Positions 53,193-62,878 of a stretch of 64,000 nt of DNA are shown one piece after another (positions within the stretch are counted from its first letter, which is position 1; each line of letters begins with the position of its first letter). A model generated the notes under the pieces. That model ran no database searches and was not told where the DNA came from. It saw only the letters and a program-made list of their open reading frames with translations. The position numbers and the translations under genes were made by a program. Source of the DNA: a candidate division FCPU426 bacterium (GTDB taxonomy: Bacteria; Oederibacteriota; Muellerivitia; Muellerivitales; Muellerivitaceae); contig CAWHOE010000057.1 of assembly GCA_963830915.1 (NCBI GenBank), positions 32,001 to 96,000 of the forward strand, given 5' to 3'.

Positions 53193-54419
53193 ATGAAAAA
53201 TAGTTACTTATTCTTATTCCTATTATTTTCCCTCTTGGGGCTTGGTTGTTCCCGGACCGAGAAGATCGATACCCAATATATCGACATGAGAGTGCCCATA
53301 CCGACCATCGCCAACGGGAACAGTGACGCCGTTTCCCAGCGTCAATGGGTGGTGACGGGTAAAAAAGTGCTCGACCTGTCCGGGTTCGACAACCTGTTCC
53401 AAACCTTCATGAAGGCCAATGGGGTGCGGGCCGGGGAATTCGTCATCATGAAGAACGGTAAGTTAAAATACGCCCGCGCCTATACCTGGGCTGAGCCTGG
53501 ATACCGAATCATCCAGCCCTCTGACCCATTCCGGCTGGCGAGCTGCACCAAGATTTTCGTCGAGGAAGCCGTTCAAACCCTCTACGACAGCAAATTGCTG
53601 ACCCCTGACACCAAGGTCTATCCCTTGCTGGGGTTTTCCAAGCCGCTGGACCCTCAAAGCGACACCATCACCATCCAACAGTTATTGGACCATAAAGGAG
53701 GCTACGACCCTAAGGTGTCCAGATTCGACCCGGTCTTCAGCATGCGCAAGATCGCCAACGACATGGGTTTGCAACAGGCGGTCACCAAACAGGACATGGC
53801 GACCTATATGTACAAGAACGTGATGCTGGACCATCCGCCCGGCACTCAAGACGCCTATTCTAATTACGGTTACTTACTGGCCACGATGGTGGTGGAAAAA
53901 GTGAGCGGGCTTAAATTCATCGATTACGTGAACCAAAAGATACTTCAACCGGCTGGCCTGGACCCCGTCCACATATCCCCGACAGCCAAGGGGTCCCAGC
54001 CCCCGGGGGAACCTCCTTATGAGGACGAGGGGAGCGGTCTGACCGCTGACCCGATCTCCCTTTCGATCGCGCCCGCCGCGTATGGGGGAGACCAACTTAT
54101 GTATGAGGTGGCGGATTGTATCGCCTGTTCGGCGTTCGAGCTGGCGCAGTTCATCCATCTATATAAGGTTTGGGGGAACGGACTTCGGGAGCAAATGAAG
54201 CTGAGACCAGGCGGTTATTACGCCAGGTCCGGAAGCATGCCGGGCACTTTCGCTTGGGCCGAGTCACGAGGGGACGGGGTGGATTGGGTTTGCGTTTTCA
54301 ACACCAGGAACTTCCTGGATAAGAACAACCCCCAGTATCAGCCCAATACAAGTTTCGAGGGCTCGGACCAAGATCTTCAACATCAGATCGACCGGATGCT
54401 GGATAAGATGGACCAGTAG
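53193..54419 (+). CDS. Serine hydrolase, beta-lactamase/PBP fold, lipoprotein
   Basis: LGC lipobox; FRLASCTK (SxxK), ITIQQLL.H, PG....YSN.GY, G.MPG. Confidence 0.85.
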   Translation: MKNSYLFLFLLFSLLGLGCSRTEKIDTQYIDMRVPIPTIANGNSDAVSQRQWVVTGKKVLDLSGFDNLFQTFMKANGVRAGEFVIMKNGKLKYARAYTWAEPGYRIIQPSDPFRLASCTKIFVEEAVQTLYDSKLLTPDTKVYPLLGFSKPLDPQSDTITIQQLLDHKGGYDPKVSRFDPVFSMRKIANDMGLQQAVTKQDMATYMYKNVMLDHPPGTQDAYSNYGYLLATMVVEKVSGLKFIDYVNQKILQPAGLDPVHISPTAKGSQPPGEPPYEDEGSGLTADPISLSIAPAAYGGDQLMYEVADCIACSAFELAQFIHLYKVWGNGLREQMKLRPGGYYARSGSMPGTFAWAESRGDGVDWVCVFNTRNFLDKNNPQYQPNTSFEGSDQDLQHQIDRMLDKMDQ

Positions 54420-54500
54420 GGAATGGCATCTCATTTCTTGGTCGTCCGTTTACCAAGCCTGGGATGTTCTTAATACCCAATGAAATCTTCACTTTTCAGC

Positions 54501-54552
54501 ACTATTTAGGGAATAAACCGGCCTTTGTTGCGTCTTATATGTGAGGGGAAAC
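54501..54552 (+). repeat. Array junction repeat R12
   Basis: GGAATA(54510)-N16-GTCTTATAtgtgagggg. Confidence 0.75.
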
Positions 54553-54606
54553 TTAATTTTAGTAAAAAAGCGGTAAAATTTGAACATCAAGAGGACGAGG
54601 CGGGAT

Positions 54607-55173
54607 ATGAAAAAGCTTCTTATCAATTCGTTGTTCATCTTTATTTGCGTCATCCCAGTGGCTTGCAACAAACTGTTTCCAACCAACCCAACGCCTGCCG
54701 CGCTCCCAAGCCTGTTACCGACCCCAACTTCAACCCCTTCGCCCTCGCCCGCTATCCCTACTTGCGTTTGGACACCTTTGTCACAGATGGTCCAGTTTAC
54801 AAATTCACCCAATAACTATGTTATCCGTAATGTTTCAGAATGGAATAGCGCGAATAATACTTTGCCAATCCCAACACCCCCTGTGGATTTTAGCCATTGG
54901 ATGGTTGTGGGAGTTGGTGTGGAGATTACTTGTGGTGTGGAAAGACCCGTATACACTTCGATATGTACCTATCCCAATTTTATAGAAGTGTGTTCTGGCC
55001 TTCCCGTCTTTCCCACACCCATCGCCACACCCCCAACCCTACCCTACGCGACTCCGGGAGCTGTCGCGATTCCATGTAATTATATTGCATTCGGTCAGAT
55101 CTTGGCGGCGGTACCCCAATCCCCTCTGCCTGTCTTTTTCAATTGCACCCCTACGGCTACCATTACTCCATAA
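54607..55173 (+). CDS. Pro-rich lipoprotein, possibly PrcB C-terminal-like
   Basis: VAC lipobox; PPVDFS..MVVGV. Confidence 0.55.
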   Translation: MKKLLINSLFIFICVIPVACNKLFPTNPTPAALPSLLPTPTSTPSPSPAIPTCVWTPLSQMVQFTNSPNNYVIRNVSEWNSANNTLPIPTPPVDFSHWMVVGVGVEITCGVERPVYTSICTYPNFIEVCSGLPVFPTPIATPPTLPYATPGAVAIPCNYIAFGQILAAVPQSPLPVFFNCTPTATITP

Positions 55174-55260
55174 TAGGTCATAAGGATCTGGTCTTTTCCC
55201 TTGGATTTCCGCATTAACAATCAATAATTTCCAAAACAAATCCTTTTAATTTAAACCATC

Positions 55261-55295
55261 CTGGAATAAAACCCGCCAATACCCGTCTATAAAGT
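55261..55295 (+). repeat. Array junction repeat R13 (core only)
   Basis: GGAATA(55263)-N16-GTCTATA. Confidence 0.65.
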
Positions 55296-55331
55296 AAGAA
55301 CCATCCGCATATCTTCCAATAAGGAACGACC

Positions 55332-55826
55332 TTGGACCTAGAAACCATCATCAAGATGACCGATAGACGTGAAGCCTATATGGAACTGGCCAAGCTCTAT
55401 CTTGAAAGCGACGTCGAAACAAAAAATTCCATCGCCCAGAACTGGCCGTACGACGTCCAGTGGGAATTTCCGGACCCCCGGAGGCTGGCTTGCCAAACGG
55501 GCGAGAAGTGGTCATCCCAAGAGCGGGCGGAGGCCATCGCGGTCCGATATGGGATCATGGCCAAATATATTGCCGATCTATGGGAACTGGATTTCAGGGA
55601 TGTACTGGTCGTCTTGGGCGTCGAATATAACGGAATGGTCCTGGCCCAGTTGAAACCGGAGGAAATATTCTGGAAGGTCTTGCCTGATTTCCCGCCGAAC
55701 ATCCAGGAGATCTTGTATGGTTTCTTCTCTCGCAAGGGAGAGGACAAAAGCCTCCAGGCCTGGAATCTCACGGTGATCAAGAACAAGCACGGCGAGCAGG
55801 AATTGCAAAAAATCCGGGGTTATTGA
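55332..55826 (+). CDS. Hypothetical protein
   Basis: 164-aa ORF, AAGGA RBS before TTG. Confidence 0.6.
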   Translation: MDLETIIKMTDRREAYMELAKLYLESDVETKNSIAQNWPYDVQWEFPDPRRLACQTGEKWSSQERAEAIAVRYGIMAKYIADLWELDFRDVLVVLGVEYNGMVLAQLKPEEIFWKVLPDFPPNIQEILYGFFSRKGEDKSLQAWNLTVIKNKHGEQELQKIRGY

Positions 55827-55873
55827 CCGTCCAACCTGGGCTATCATTAGACAGACGAGGAAGGAGATAACCA

Positions 55874-56869
55874 TTGGAAAAGATGCTATTGGACTTTGTC
55901 ATTTCCATGCTGGTCATGGTCTTGGGTTATTTCTCTTTCGCTATTTTGTTGGTCTTTTTCGGCATGTCTAAAAAGCCGGTCCCTACCCATGGACTTGAGT
56001 TCAAGAACATGATCATCGACTACCGAACCCTTCCAGCTTTAAAAACATTCACCGCGAGGGATGGGCAGAAACTCGGCTACCGGCACTATCCGTCCTCCGC
56101 TGAAAAGATCGTCATTTTATTGCATGGGTCCGGGTGGCATAGCCAATACTTCCCGCCATTAGCGAATTTCATCAGCACGGAAGGATTGGCCCAGGTATTC
56201 ACCCCCGACCTAAGGGGGCATGGCCCTTCGCCCGCAAGGCGGGGCGATGTGGATTACATCGGGCAAATGGAGGACGACCTGGCGGACCTGATCGCCCTGA
56301 TCCGGAAAGATAATCCAAATGGGCCGCTCATCCTGGGCGGTCACTCCTCCGGGGGAGGGCTGGCGGTTCGTTTCGCGGGCGGGGAATACGGGCGCCAAGC
56401 CGACGCCTACCTGCTTCTTGCACCTTACCTTCAATACAACGCCCCGACCATAAGGCCCGCACCGGGAGTTTGGGCCTGGCCCCACATAGGCCGGATCATC
56501 GGTTTGACCATGCTCAATAAAGCCGGGATACCCTGGCTCAACGGGTTGAAGGTCATCGAATTCAATATGCCCCCAGCGGCCAAGAACGGCACCGAAACCC
56601 TGGCCTATAGCTATCGGCTCAATGTTTCCTACGGCCCAAGGGATTATCAAAAAGACCTGGCCGCCATCACCCAACCTCTTTTGGTCGTCGTGGGTTCGGA
56701 GGACGAGGTCTTTTACGCCGATCAATTCAAGCTGGTGATCTCTCGATATACTAAAGGCGTCGTAAAAGTGTTGGAGGGCGTGAACCACTTGGATATTGTC
56801 GTTCGTCCCGAGGTCAGGCCTGTCATCAAGGAATGGCTGTTGGGGCTGGGAAACACCCGAAAGGTTTAA
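55874..56869 (+). CDS. Alpha/beta hydrolase (lysophospholipase-like)
   Basis: LLHGSG, DLRGHG, GHSSGG nucleophile elbow, C-terminal D and H. Confidence 0.88.
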   Translation: MEKMLLDFVISMLVMVLGYFSFAILLVFFGMSKKPVPTHGLEFKNMIIDYRTLPALKTFTARDGQKLGYRHYPSSAEKIVILLHGSGWHSQYFPPLANFISTEGLAQVFTPDLRGHGPSPARRGDVDYIGQMEDDLADLIALIRKDNPNGPLILGGHSSGGGLAVRFAGGEYGRQADAYLLLAPYLQYNAPTIRPAPGVWAWPHIGRIIGLTMLNKAGIPWLNGLKVIEFNMPPAAKNGTETLAYSYRLNVSYGPRDYQKDLAAITQPLLVVVGSEDEVFYADQFKLVISRYTKGVVKVLEGVNHLDIVVRPEVRPVIKEWLLGLGNTRKV

Positions 56870-56878
56870 AGGAACGCT

Positions 56879-57514
56879 ATGTTCGACCGAAAAACCCATT
56901 GGGAAAAGATATACGGCGAGAAAAAGCCCAATGAGGTGAGCTGGTATCAGGAGAACCCCCAAAAATCCTTGGACCTGATAACTTCCACAGACGTCTCAAA
57001 AGAAGAACCTGTCATCGACGTGGGAGGTGGAGCCTCCTTATTGGTTGATATGTTATTGGAACAGGGATTCCAGAACGTAACGGTCTTGGACATTTCCGAG
57101 AAAGCCCTTCAATACGCCCAACAAAGATTGGGCGAGTTGGAAGGCAAGGTCAAATGGCTCGTCAGTGACATCACCGAATTCGAATCGACCGAAAAGTTTG
57201 GCCTTTGGCATGACCGGGCCGTCTTCCATTTCTTGACCGAAAAAATCGATAGGGAAAAGTATGTCGCTCGCGTAAGGAGATCGTTGAAAAAGGGAGGATA
57301 TCTCATCCTCTCGGCTTTCGCCAAGGACGGCCCGGACAAATGCAGTAATCTCAACGTCCGTCAATATGACGCCGCTTTGGTTCGGGAAGAATTCGGGGAA
57401 GGGTTCGACTTGCTCCAGGAAACCTCCGAGATCCATCAAACCCCCTGGGGCAAGGACCAAAAGTTCGAGTACTTCCTTTTGAAAAGAAAGGGAACTGAGG
57501 GTCAAAATGAATAA
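56879..57514 (+). CDS. Class I SAM-dependent methyltransferase
   Basis: HWE.IY....VSWYQ, IDVGGGAS, WHDRAVFHFL, GP.KCS.L. Confidence 0.88.
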   Translation: MFDRKTHWEKIYGEKKPNEVSWYQENPQKSLDLITSTDVSKEEPVIDVGGGASLLVDMLLEQGFQNVTVLDISEKALQYAQQRLGELEGKVKWLVSDITEFESTEKFGLWHDRAVFHFLTEKIDREKYVARVRRSLKKGGYLILSAFAKDGPDKCSNLNVRQYDAALVREEFGEGFDLLQETSEIHQTPWGKDQKFEYFLLKRKGTEGQNE

Positions 57515-58931
57515 AGTGTTTCCTTTATTCCTTATTGGTTTGGCCACTCTTCTTTCTTCAGCTTGGGCGGATGAAACCCATCCTTTCGTCGACCAAAACA
57601 ACATTACGGATATCCACACACAAGGGCATAAGATTTATTTCAAAACGCTTAACGGTGAAAAATCCCTCGATCTTTCCACAGGGAAGTGGTCCTATTCCGT
57701 CGCCCCATCAAACACCTCACCCGATGAAAATTATGATATCAACAACCCCTCACCCCTTTCGAATTTGAACACCCCCAAGGCAGGAATTCCAAACGGATAT
57801 CCAGGTATGGTTTATTCCGAAGTGGAAGTTGTCGACGATCCCGTCAAGCCCTCCTGGATGTTGATCCGAGACTCCGGTGGCGAACAGTTTTCCCATGAAT
57901 CTTTGGCGGACCTGAAAGGACAAAAAGCCTATCGTTTTACGATCAGACCTTTTTCTTTGTTCTTGATACGCGGTCACAAAGCATGGTTCGGAGGGTCGCA
58001 AGGCATTATGTCGCTGGATTTAAAAACCACAAAAATGATTTCTTACCTAACATGGCCCTTGTTTTCTGTCCTCAAAACCTTTAAATCCGGAGAAAAGGAC
58101 TATTATTTGAGCCGTGGTGGTTTGTTTCTGATCGACCATGGAGTGGTGACGAAAAAGAACGTCGACCCCCCGGAAGAAAAAATTGAATATTACGACATGG
58201 TGGCCGATGAAAACAGATTATATCTTCTCTCTAATGGTGATTTGGTGGTCTTTAATACCGCGAATGGGAACCACGATGTTCTGAAACTTCCGGTGCGTTT
58301 TGCGGATCATTTGATCAAATGCGGGGACAAGATCATCGGTTTTGGGTCTAACCAAAGAGCTTCAGATGACTACACCTGGACAACAGGCGGTGCTTTCAGC
58401 TTTTCGATCAAAAACAAAACAATCAAGAAACTGACGGATTTACCTATCGACAATTTTGACCTGGAGAAATTCGAAGCATCATCGGAGGTGATGGGTGGAC
58501 AAGGTGAGGATATCATCACCCTCACCCATTTCAAATACGACCCCCAAAAAGACGATTTCCAAGTTTTATGGCAGAAGGGATACATTCGTGAAAATGACCA
58601 GAATTCAGCGAATTACAAAATTTTTTATAACGGAGCGGGTTTCTCTTATATGTGGGGACCGGATGGTTATGACATAAAGACGGATTTCAGGTATGTCGTT
58701 AACAAAGAAAAAATCGATGACTTTTTAGAACATCGTAAAAATCAAAAGAGCAAAGACTCGTTTGAACGCCAAAAAATCGGAAAAGAACTATCGACTATCC
58801 AGGTTCAATATCAAACGATCGCTCAAGACGAGGGCGAAGCGGACATAGTAGACTTTCGCGAACCAGAATCCATTCCAAGCCCCACGCCTATCCCAAAAAC
58901 CAACAATTGGAAAAAATGGTTTTATCATTGA
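57507..58931 (+). CDS. Secreted hypothetical protein
   Basis: Signal peptide ending SAWA; 474-aa ORF. Confidence 0.65.
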   Translation: MNKVFPLFLIGLATLLSSAWADETHPFVDQNNITDIHTQGHKIYFKTLNGEKSLDLSTGKWSYSVAPSNTSPDENYDINNPSPLSNLNTPKAGIPNGYPGMVYSEVEVVDDPVKPSWMLIRDSGGEQFSHESLADLKGQKAYRFTIRPFSLFLIRGHKAWFGGSQGIMSLDLKTTKMISYLTWPLFSVLKTFKSGEKDYYLSRGGLFLIDHGVVTKKNVDPPEEKIEYYDMVADENRLYLLSNGDLVVFNTANGNHDVLKLPVRFADHLIKCGDKIIGFGSNQRASDDYTWTTGGAFSFSIKNKTIKKLTDLPIDNFDLEKFEASSEVMGGQGEDIITLTHFKYDPQKDDFQVLWQKGYIRENDQNSANYKIFYNGAGFSYMWGPDGYDIKTDFRYVVNKEKIDDFLEHRKNQKSKDSFERQKIGKELSTIQVQYQTIAQDEGEADIVDFREPESIPSPTPIPKTNNWKKWFYH

Positions 58932-59088
58932 ACAAATCTAGGTGAAGTTATAAACCTTGTTGACGGTCTGAGAAAGAAAGGCCTAGAAAGCACTACCCCA
59001 GAAAGATGACAAACCCACCTGAAAACTTGGTTTTTTCCCAAAAAACCTTATAATTTCCTCTCTTGCCTCAACCAACAGAAGGGACCCC

Positions 59089-61563
59089 ATGGAAGCCTAC
59101 AATTTCACCGAGATAGAGCAACGCTGGAAAAAGACCTGGAAAGACAAGAAAGTCTTCGCCTGCGACCTGACCAAGACGGACAAGAAATACTACACCCTCG
59201 TCATGTTCCCCTATCCCTCGGGCGACTTCCTTCACGCCGGACACGGCCGTAACTACATCATCGGCGACGCGGTCTACCGCTATTTCAAGGCCAGGGGATT
59301 CAACGTCTTGAACCCCATGGGTTTCGACGCCTTCGGACTGCCGGCGGAGAACGCGGCCATCCACAAGGGCGTCCACCCGGAAAAATGGACGCTCAACAAC
59401 ATCGAGCGCATGAAGGGCCAGTTCTACGAGTGGGGCATGGGTTACGACTGGGACAAGGAAGTGGTTTCCTGCCTGCCCAATTATTACCGTTGGACCCAAT
59501 GGATATTCCTGAAGCTTTACGAGAAGGGTCTAGCTTACCGCAAGAAGGCCTATGTGAACTGGTGTCCCTCCTGCCTGACAGTTCTGGCCAACGAGCAGGT
59601 GGTGGATGGAAGCTGTGAGCGCTGTGATTCGGTGGTGGAACAGAAGGATCTGGAACAATGGTTCTTCAAGATCACCGCTTACGCCGACCGGCTTTTGAAA
59701 GATATCGACCGTCTCGAGAACTGGCCCGAACGGGTCAAGACCATGCAAAGGAACTGGATAGGGCGAAGCGAAGGCGCGGAGGTGAGGTTCCAGGTCGAGG
59801 GAAAAGACGAATCCATCACGGTCTTCACGACCAGGCCCGATACCCTGTTCGGCGCCACTTATATGGTCTTGGCCCCTGAGCATCCACTGGTGCCCAAGCT
59901 GGTGAAGGGAACACCCAAAGAGGCCGAAGTAAAGGCCTTCATCGACAAGATCAAGAAACAAAGCTCGCTGGATAGAACCGGCGAGAACGCCGAGAAGCTG
60001 GGGCTGGACACCGGCATCAAGGCCGTCAACCCCGTGAACGGGAAGTCCATCCCGGTCTTCATCGCCAATTACGTCCTGATGGAATATGGGACGGGAGCCA
60101 TCATGGCTGTCCCGGCCCACGATACCCGTGACTTCGATTTCGCCAAAAAGTACAACCTTCCTATTATCCGGGTAATCCAAGCCCTCGATGGCGGGCCGGA
60201 AGACCCCTTGAACGAGGCCTACACCGAGGACGGAACCCTGGTCCATTCGCAGATACTGGACGGTTTGAAAGTGGACGAGGCGAAGGCCAAGATATCGGCC
60301 TGGCTTGAGGAAAAGAAACTGGGCAAAGCCGCCGTGACCTACCGCCTGAGGGACTGGCTGATATCCCGCCAGCGCTATTGGGGCGCGCCTATCCCCATGA
60401 TCAACTGCGAGAAGTGCGGTTGGCAGCCTGTACCTGAGAAAGACCTGCCTGTGCTTCTTCCTAAGGATGTGGAATTCAAACCAACCGGTGAGTCGCCCCT
60501 GAAGACCGTTCCTTCTTTCGTCAAGGCCGCCTGCCCCAAGTGCGGGGCCGACGCCAAACGAGAGACCGACACGATGGATACTTTCGTGGATTCCAGCTGG
60601 TATTACCTTCGTTATGTATCGGCCAAGGACGACAACCAGGCCTTCGACAGCAAGACGGTCAACCAGTGGCTGCCGGTGGACCAATATATCGGCGGGGTGG
60701 AACACGCCATATTGCACCTGCTTTATTCCCGTTTCATCACCAAGGTCTTGAAGGACCAGGGCATCATCAATTTCGATGAGCCATTCGCCCGTCTCTTCAC
60801 CCAGGGGATGATCACCAAAGGCGGGGTGAAGATGTCCAAGAGCAAGGGCAATTCGGTACAGCCCGACGAGCTGATCGCCAAATACGGGGCTGACACCTTC
60901 CGCCTCTATACCCTATTCATCGGCCCACCCGAGCGGGATGTGGAATGGGACGACCGGGCCGTGGAGGGAGGTTTCCGCTTCCTGAACCGGGTCTGGAAAC
61001 TCTACCAGGAACTGTTGGAAAAGGCCGATTTCGCCCAGGGCGGGGAACCCAAAGCCGAGACCGAGCAGGATAAAGAAATACGTCGAAAAACCCACCAGAC
61101 CATCGACAAGGTCACCCAGGACATGAATGGGGGCTTCAAATTCAACACCGCCATCAGTGCTATGATGGAATTGATCAACATGCTGTACGATTACAAGGAC
61201 ACACCCCAGGCCAAAACGCCCATCGTTCGGGAGGCGGTCGAGACCCTGGTCAGGCTTTTGGGACCCTTCACGCCCCACATCGCTGATGAAATGTGGAGCA
61301 AGTTGGGCAAGGGGGAACATATCCTGATGGCCGGTTGGCCGATCTGCGACCCTACGCTTTTGAAGGCGGACACGGTGGAGATCGCCATCCAGGTGAACGG
61401 CAAGGTCAAGACCCGGGTGAATGTGTCCACGGGATTGGATGAAAAAACCATCTTGGCCCTGGCCAAGACGGATGAGAAGGTCGCGAAGGTAGTAAATCCG
61501 GACCAAGTGGTCAAGCTTATCTGGGTGAAAGACAAACTGGCGAATTTCATCGTGAAGCAGTAG
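59089..61563 (+). CDS. leuS: Leucine--tRNA ligase
   Basis: MFPYPSG..LHAGH (HIGH variant), GFDAFGLPAENAA, TTRPDT editing domain, DWLISRQRYWG, KMSKS, QVNGK. Confidence 0.97.
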   Translation: MEAYNFTEIEQRWKKTWKDKKVFACDLTKTDKKYYTLVMFPYPSGDFLHAGHGRNYIIGDAVYRYFKARGFNVLNPMGFDAFGLPAENAAIHKGVHPEKWTLNNIERMKGQFYEWGMGYDWDKEVVSCLPNYYRWTQWIFLKLYEKGLAYRKKAYVNWCPSCLTVLANEQVVDGSCERCDSVVEQKDLEQWFFKITAYADRLLKDIDRLENWPERVKTMQRNWIGRSEGAEVRFQVEGKDESITVFTTRPDTLFGATYMVLAPEHPLVPKLVKGTPKEAEVKAFIDKIKKQSSLDRTGENAEKLGLDTGIKAVNPVNGKSIPVFIANYVLMEYGTGAIMAVPAHDTRDFDFAKKYNLPIIRVIQALDGGPEDPLNEAYTEDGTLVHSQILDGLKVDEAKAKISAWLEEKKLGKAAVTYRLRDWLISRQRYWGAPIPMINCEKCGWQPVPEKDLPVLLPKDVEFKPTGESPLKTVPSFVKAACPKCGADAKRETDTMDTFVDSSWYYLRYVSAKDDNQAFDSKTVNQWLPVDQYIGGVEHAILHLLYSRFITKVLKDQGIINFDEPFARLFTQGMITKGGVKMSKSKGNSVQPDELIAKYGADTFRLYTLFIGPPERDVEWDDRAVEGGFRFLNRVWKLYQELLEKADFAQGGEPKAETEQDKEIRRKTHQTIDKVTQDMNGGFKFNTAISAMMELINMLYDYKDTPQAKTPIVREAVETLVRLLGPFTPHIADEMWSKLGKGEHILMAGWPICDPTLLKADTVEIAIQVNGKVKTRVNVSTGLDEKTILALAKTDEKVAKVVNPDQVVKLIWVKDKLANFIVKQ

Positions 61564-61587
61564 GACCAAAAACTCAAAGAGGTTTTC

Positions 61588-62097
61588 ATGAACAAATACC
61601 TTCTTTCATTATTGTCCGGCGCCATTTTACTTGGTCTGAGCGGCTGTAGGCCGGCCGTATTGGTCATTCCTTCCTACATCAAAACGGTCGGGGTGGATCG
61701 GGTGGATAACCGTACCAGCTGGTTCGCTTTGGATACCCAAGTAAAAGAAGCGATCTTGCGCAATTTCCAACTGGACGGAAGGGTTGGAATCGAGGACGCG
61801 GACAAGGCCGATCTGGTGGTAAAAGTCATCATCCGTGAATTCCGGGAAGATCCCATCTTTTACGACCCCAAGACCAACGCGGTCCAGCAATATCAAGAGA
61901 CCTTGGTCTACGACATCGCGGCGGTAGACACCCAGGAAAAGAAAACATTCCTTGAAGACAACGGTAAGAACCACAGTATTTACTACTACACCAACTATTA
62001 TCCTGGCGCTATCCAACAAACGAGGGACCAGGCCATCGCGCAGTTAGAGGATGAAATGGCTAGGTTGATCGTGCGCCGGGTACTGGAAGGTTATTGA
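61588..62097 (+). CDS. lptE: LptE-like LPS assembly lipoprotein
   Basis: LSGC lipobox; canonical position between leuS and holA. Confidence 0.7.
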   Translation: MNKYLLSLLSGAILLGLSGCRPAVLVIPSYIKTVGVDRVDNRTSWFALDTQVKEAILRNFQLDGRVGIEDADKADLVVKVIIREFREDPIFYDPKTNAVQQYQETLVYDIAAVDTQEKKTFLEDNGKNHSIYYYTNYYPGAIQQTRDQAIAQLEDEMARLIVRRVLEGY

Positions 62098-62143
62098 GAA
62101 ATAAGAAGAGCGCCGTTCTAGACCCAAAGGAGCTTTTGAAACC

Positions 62144-62854
62144 ATGAAAAACCATTTGAAGACCGGTCTATGGATAGGGTCATTACTTTTGCTTTCTTAC
62201 GCGCCTTGCGCCATGGCCGAATTGCAATGGATAACCGGCGGGGTGCCCAAGACCACCACCGATAAGACCGCCGGCACGGTCGTCCAGGACGCGCCCAACC
62301 CCGAGGTCAGGCCCACCCCCACGGGCAACCAGGACATCGTGATCAGCCACCTCATCACCTGTTCCAAGATCGTGAACAATTACCCCTCGGACAGCGTCAA
62401 TTACTTCTTCCTGGATAAGAACACCCAGGTCTGTTACTACGCCTACTTCATGACCAAGCCCTCCAGCCGCATCCATACCGCCACGGTGGAATGGTTCAAC
62501 CCGGCGAATACCCGGATCGTCAAATATGAGCAGGAATTCAAGGTGGCCTTCACCGACCGGTGCCTGACCATCCAGAACGATACCTACCAGTGGTTCCTCC
62601 TGACCATGACCGTGGGGATGGACCATATGAACGCCGAATATGGACAGACCGGATTGCCCAGGGACGTCGGCCTCTACACTATCCACCTGACCATCGACGG
62701 CCAATTAGTGGGCATTACCTTCTTCTATGTCAAACCCCAGGAAACCAAGGCGCCCTCGCCTATCTCCACTGTACCGCCGGCCACCAAGGGGAACCTGCTT
62801 CCGATGGCGACACCCTTTTCCAATCTTCCCATCCCCTCCGGGATCACCCAATGA
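62144..62854 (+). CDS. Secreted hypothetical protein
   Basis: Signal peptide AMA; GC-rich codon usage like its neighbours. Confidence 0.7.
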   Translation: MKNHLKTGLWIGSLLLLSYAPCAMAELQWITGGVPKTTTDKTAGTVVQDAPNPEVRPTPTGNQDIVISHLITCSKIVNNYPSDSVNYFFLDKNTQVCYYAYFMTKPSSRIHTATVEWFNPANTRIVKYEQEFKVAFTDRCLTIQNDTYQWFLLTMTVGMDHMNAEYGQTGLPRDVGLYTIHLTIDGQLVGITFFYVKPQETKAPSPISTVPPATKGNLLPMATPFSNLPIPSGITQ

Positions 62855-62878
62855 CCGGGCCGGGAACGGGGGACCTCC

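Noticed and set aside
24721..55300. Classical integron (attC) or Xer/dif-module array
   Set aside because: Repeats lack RYYYAAC...GTTRRRY palindromic structure and the 11-6-11 dif layout; no intI in the window
59230..59245. HAGH instead of HMGH in LeuS as a sign of altered function
   Set aside because: The second position of the HIGH motif is variable and all other motifs are intact
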